Positions 59,985 to 64,000 of a DNA stretch of 64,000 bases are shown here, piece after piece. Below the pieces are notes generated by a model. That model worked only from the letters and a program-made list of their open reading frames with translations. It did not search any database and was not told the origin of the DNA. Position 1 is the first letter of the stretch, and each line of letters opens with the position of its first letter. The stretch covers positions 124,001-188,000 of the forward strand of contig NIVC01001533.1 of the NCBI GenBank assembly GCA_002269645.1, read 5' to 3'. Origin of the DNA: Macrostomum lignano. Taxonomy: Eukaryota. Position numbers and translations under genes: made by a program.

Positions 59985-62900
59985 TTAGTAAACCACCTGT
60001 TGGCGAACTTCGATGATTTCATCTTCCAGCACAGCCGTCGGGTCGGGCTCGACGTATATGGGGTACGCCTTCTGCACCCCCTTCAGCTCCTTCGAGATGA
60101 ACGACACGATGAAGTTGCGCTCACCGCAACGGACTGGGGTCAGGGTGATGCTGCAGCTGGCTTTGTCACCCGGCTTCACCTGGCTACAATGTTATCAGTT
60201 TAGATGAGTAGCTTGCATTTCATTGACGCTGTGGGTATCTCGAATCGATTTTATCTTATGGCATAGGACAACGTCGCAAAATTTGAGCTCTGCACAATCG
60301 CCAAGAGCCATACTCGTAAGAGCTCAAAAACGAATATGCTTCATTCCTCCATATTAACCCATAAATTCCAAAGATTTATCAATCTTAAAGCTATAAAAGT
60401 ACTCTTTTAGTGTCTTCTCATCTCTAAAGCACCCCAAACAATTTTAATTTAACGACTGCTCACCCAACGCTCTTATCCATGCTCTTTCCGCGCAGTCCCG
60501 GACCTTCGATGCTGAACCGGGCGTCGCTCAGGGTGAAGGGCACCGGATTGACAAAGGTGCACTTGAAGTGGAAGGCCTTGTTCTGACAGACTTCGCCCAC
60601 AATCTAAAAATTGATTAGAATAGCGAATTATTCAATTAGCTCTAAGCCTAGCATAGAAAAGAAAAAGCAGGTTACAACGGCAGATGCACCTCAATGTCAA
60701 GTTCCGGATTGAACAGGTGCACAATTGTCTGCTTCACCACTTTGTCGTTCCCATCGATTCCGACGGCGACAATTTCAATGCCAACTTCCTCGCAGCCGGC
60801 GGAGTTGGTATAGTCCGCTGACTGGATGGCCAGCTCAACAGGAGATGCTGAAGGATATTGATAGATTTTCTAACTTACTTGATGCTACCGACTTTTAAAT
60901 ACTGAGGTACACGCAGACACAGGGATACTCACTGCTGCTGCCCTTGACAGTGACTTCACCCTTTTCGAAGGCCAGCTGTCGGATGACCTTGCCGTTGTAC
61001 TGCTTCAAGTTAGCCGAAATTCCAAACAGGATTTTCTTGTCGGTGCGAGCTCCGTTTGTCAGCTCCAGGGTCACCTTAATGTCGCCGCCAATGACCAGGT
61101 ACTCCTCCGTGGCAATGTTGAGCTGCAGGTTGCGCCTGCGCTTATTGTCGTCGTTGCGTTCTACTTTGATTTGCACCTTCTTGGAATTCTTGGCCGCCCG
61201 GAAAGCTGCATCTTCCTCACGACTGCCCTCTGGGAATTTGTACTGGTCAGTGATGTCTAGACGGTCTTCCGAGCCCACCGCCTTAGTGCTGATGCTTCGG
61301 CCCACCTTGGTCGGATCGGAGTAGAGCTCCTTGTTAGTGCCGTCGGCGTTCTTCTGCCAGTGCTTGATACACGCGTTCACTTCCGCATAGATGAACGGCG
61401 TGTCAAAATCGACGTCCAGTTTTCCTTGTTTGATGGCCTTGACTGGGCAGGGGCCGGTGCGGAAGATGCTGTCGCTGCGCTCCTGCGGTGTTGCGTCCAC
61501 GGCCTGCCAGCCGTCGAAGTCGCCGCCGAGGTCCGGCCGCTTCATCCACAGATCGTTCCACACGTGGAAGTTCCTGGTGAGATAATTTTGTTGGTAAGCA
61601 TATTTTGAGCTCTAAATCTGATCTAATTCAGTAGCTGGCATATACATGTATTTTGTTATTTATAATAGTTATGATAGTTATTATAGTTTCTTGCGTAATA
61701 CTCGTAGTTCAACGTAAAAAAACATCATTAATTTTATTTAGACTTTCCAAGCTAGCACTCATTGGTGCACTCACTGAAACAGCTCCCTCTTTTTCATTGC
61801 GGATTATCGACTTGTTGGTCCTGTTGTAGTTTGTTGTCATTATTTTTTGTTACTTAGTAACTACCTAGTAACCTGGTAGCTGATACTTTACAGTATATTC
61901 ATACACAAACCCACCAGATGCTGTCCGAGTTCAATTCAGCGATGGGGGCGAAGGTGTCGTTAAAGAAGCTGTCAACAATCAGGTTGCAGTTGGTGTCGTG
62001 AGCAGAGTCAAAGTTGGTCACACTTCGGGCCGGAATGCCGAGAGCTCGGGCAACTAAGGACAGGAATAGAGATTTTACGGCTCAGAGGAATCTTCAGATC
62101 CCAGCATGTGTCAGTTCACAGTTTAGGTCATTTGAATGGCAGAAAATCCGACTTACGAGACGTCATAAGGCCGGAGAAGACCCAGCACTGTCCGAACTTT
62201 ACCGGCGTTTTCGACTCGTAGTACTTGGCAATGATGGCCAGGCTGCCTCTCCATTCGGTTGGCGCCACGCCTCCGGCATAGTCGCCGCTCCAGTTGCCCA
62301 CAAGGACGCCGTTGTCGTCGTTGCTGTTGACCAGAGCGGAGAGCGAGCGCGCGACGCTGACGGGGTCGCCCCAGCTGTCGAAGGGCAAGCCGGACTTGGC
62401 CAGCAGATAGTAGGCGCAGTCCAGCACGGGGTCGTCGAACTGCGACGAGAAAGGAATTCAGACTTCAGAGCGCATTGCTAGTTTGTGCCGTAGACTCTTG
62501 GTTTCAAGCTCTGTGCGCCGGTCTGTTACAATTTTCTATTCAACTACATATATATGATTTACCTGACCAAAATTCCACGACTTGCTTCCTATGCTGCGAG
62601 ACGAGCCGAAGTACACCCTGCCGGTGCTCTCTAGAACGTACTCCCGACATTCAGCGCCGCTCTCCAAGTAGACGGCATCGTCTGAAAAAGATTATTCTCT
62701 TTGAGCATTAAAACATTTGAGCCTATTCTTGGTATCTTTATCGGATTCGCAAATGGCGAACGAATGACAGTTTGATTCTGGCGTACTTTCTTTCTCAACA
62801 ATGAACAATCATTTACAAACTGAAGTAACCATCAACCTACCCGGACAAAACGGGTTGTAGACCACTGATATGGGAAACTTCATGTCGTAGTTGAAGGTGA

Positions 62901-63737
62901 TCTCCAGGCTGCGAGTCGCGTACATCTGCGTGATCCAGTACTTGGCAGTGATGCAGTTCTTGGCAGTGTAGAACACAACCGTCACCTTATTGCTTCCCGG
63001 ATAGACAATGACCTGTCGTGCGGCAATCCGTGTAAATAATTTTCACAAGCGCAAAACGCTACATGTTATTGAGAAAGAGTTGAAAACTCTGTCCCTTACC
63101 GAGCGCATCTGGATCGGGCAGTGGTAGGACTCGTGGTCGCTGAACCGAGTGGGCTCCTGAAGAGCAGTGGTTATGAAAATATCAGAATTACTTTTGGGGC
63201 TTCAATTCGGTTGATGTCTGAGGTCAAATAATTGGAGAGGAAGTGCTTACGCTTGATAGGGTTAGCCGAAACATACTAAATGTTCAGAAAGTTTACAAGC
63301 CAGTCCCTCATTAGCTAGCTACAAGACTTATTTAAACCTCCTGGTAAAAATATTTAAAAGGGTTAATATTTTAGTTAAAGCAAAACAAGTTTTATCCGAC
63401 ATGCACTGTAGTTTTGGTTAACCATTGAAGTGGTCCTAGTTTAATTTCGTTCTTCCCTCTGTACGGAGAACAATCTGGATAACGTATTGATAAATTAGTC
63501 TCACCTCCTTCAGATGCCAGCTCTTCTGATAGGCTTCGAAGCCGTAGTCATCCACGCTGACGCGGAACGACAGCAAATCGTAGTCATCGAATACTTCGTC
63601 GAACTCCAGGTCAAGGTAAAAGTACTCGCCCCGGCGAACCACCATGCCGCGTCGGTTGGCCACCTGATCGTACTCGACCGTGTTGCTGCGCTTGCCGCTC
63701 TTCACATAACGTGGCACGAAGCGTTTCAAGCGTAGTT
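59985..63737 (-). CDS. Protein-glutamine gamma-glutamyltransferase (transglutaminase), about 713 aa visible, 5' exon(s) beyond the window. Exons 63505-63737, 63100-63156, 62841-63012, 62563-62681, 62157-62439, 61915-62053, 60933-61573, 60690-60847, 60464-60603, 59985-60183
   Basis: VVRRGEYF, YNPFCP|DDAVYL, WNFGQ|FD, GVLVGNWSGDY, FGQCWVFSG (catalytic Cys), LGIPARSVTNFDSAHD, W|NFHVWND (His), DGWQAVDATPQE (Asp), C-terminal beta-barrels (FVNPVPFTL). All nine junction phases close. Confidence 0.95.
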
Positions 63738-64000
63738 CTGAATAAATAAAGAGAGTAAACTATATGTAACACGAAAGCGCTGTAAAAGGGTAATGGTTTG
63801 CAGTTCTGGTCGCCTCTCAACAAATGGAGTTTCAAAAACAAATTCAAAACTTATAGAGAGTTTTTTTTGTCAACAAGACACAATTGCGTATGATTTCTAT
63901 TGATAAGTTGAAACTTTTCTGCACCACTACTTTTCAAGGTATTGGCTTCGACTCGTAAAAAATTCGATTTCCAGCTATTTGATCAGGCTACTACACAAAC

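Overview
Eukaryotic (metazoan) genomic DNA, not prokaryotic. It has GT-AG spliced genes with GC-rich exons, AT-rich intergenic DNA, a TTAGGG block and very dense minisatellites. The style resembles the flatworm Macrostomum lignano, but that is an inference and needs BLAST. Confident genes, with exon phases checked by hand: HP1/chromobox (+, 2 exons), Munc18/unc-18 (-, 5 exons), a neuropeptide Y/F-type GPCR (-, 2 coding exons) and a transglutaminase with an intact catalytic triad (-, at least 10 exons, 5' end beyond the window). Three genes are largely or wholly invisible to the ORF track: a 77-aa acidic CaaX-box microprotein made of five small exons, a candidate BH3-only (Bmf/Bim-like) tail-anchored protein whose 5' part appears to be a chain of microexons, and the RS-rich terminal exon of an unknown gene. 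There is also a small single-pass membrane protein ORF. About 17 different tandem arrays are present, and every Munc18 intron and the HP1 intron contain at least one; two of these arrays share a 13-nt core. Other repeats are a tRNA-derived tandem array, three MITE-like elements with TIRs (one with a perfect 8-bp TSD) and several decayed retroelement fragments. Nearly all long ORFs in the supplied track that lie over arrays are artefacts. No CRISPR arrays or rRNA were seen.
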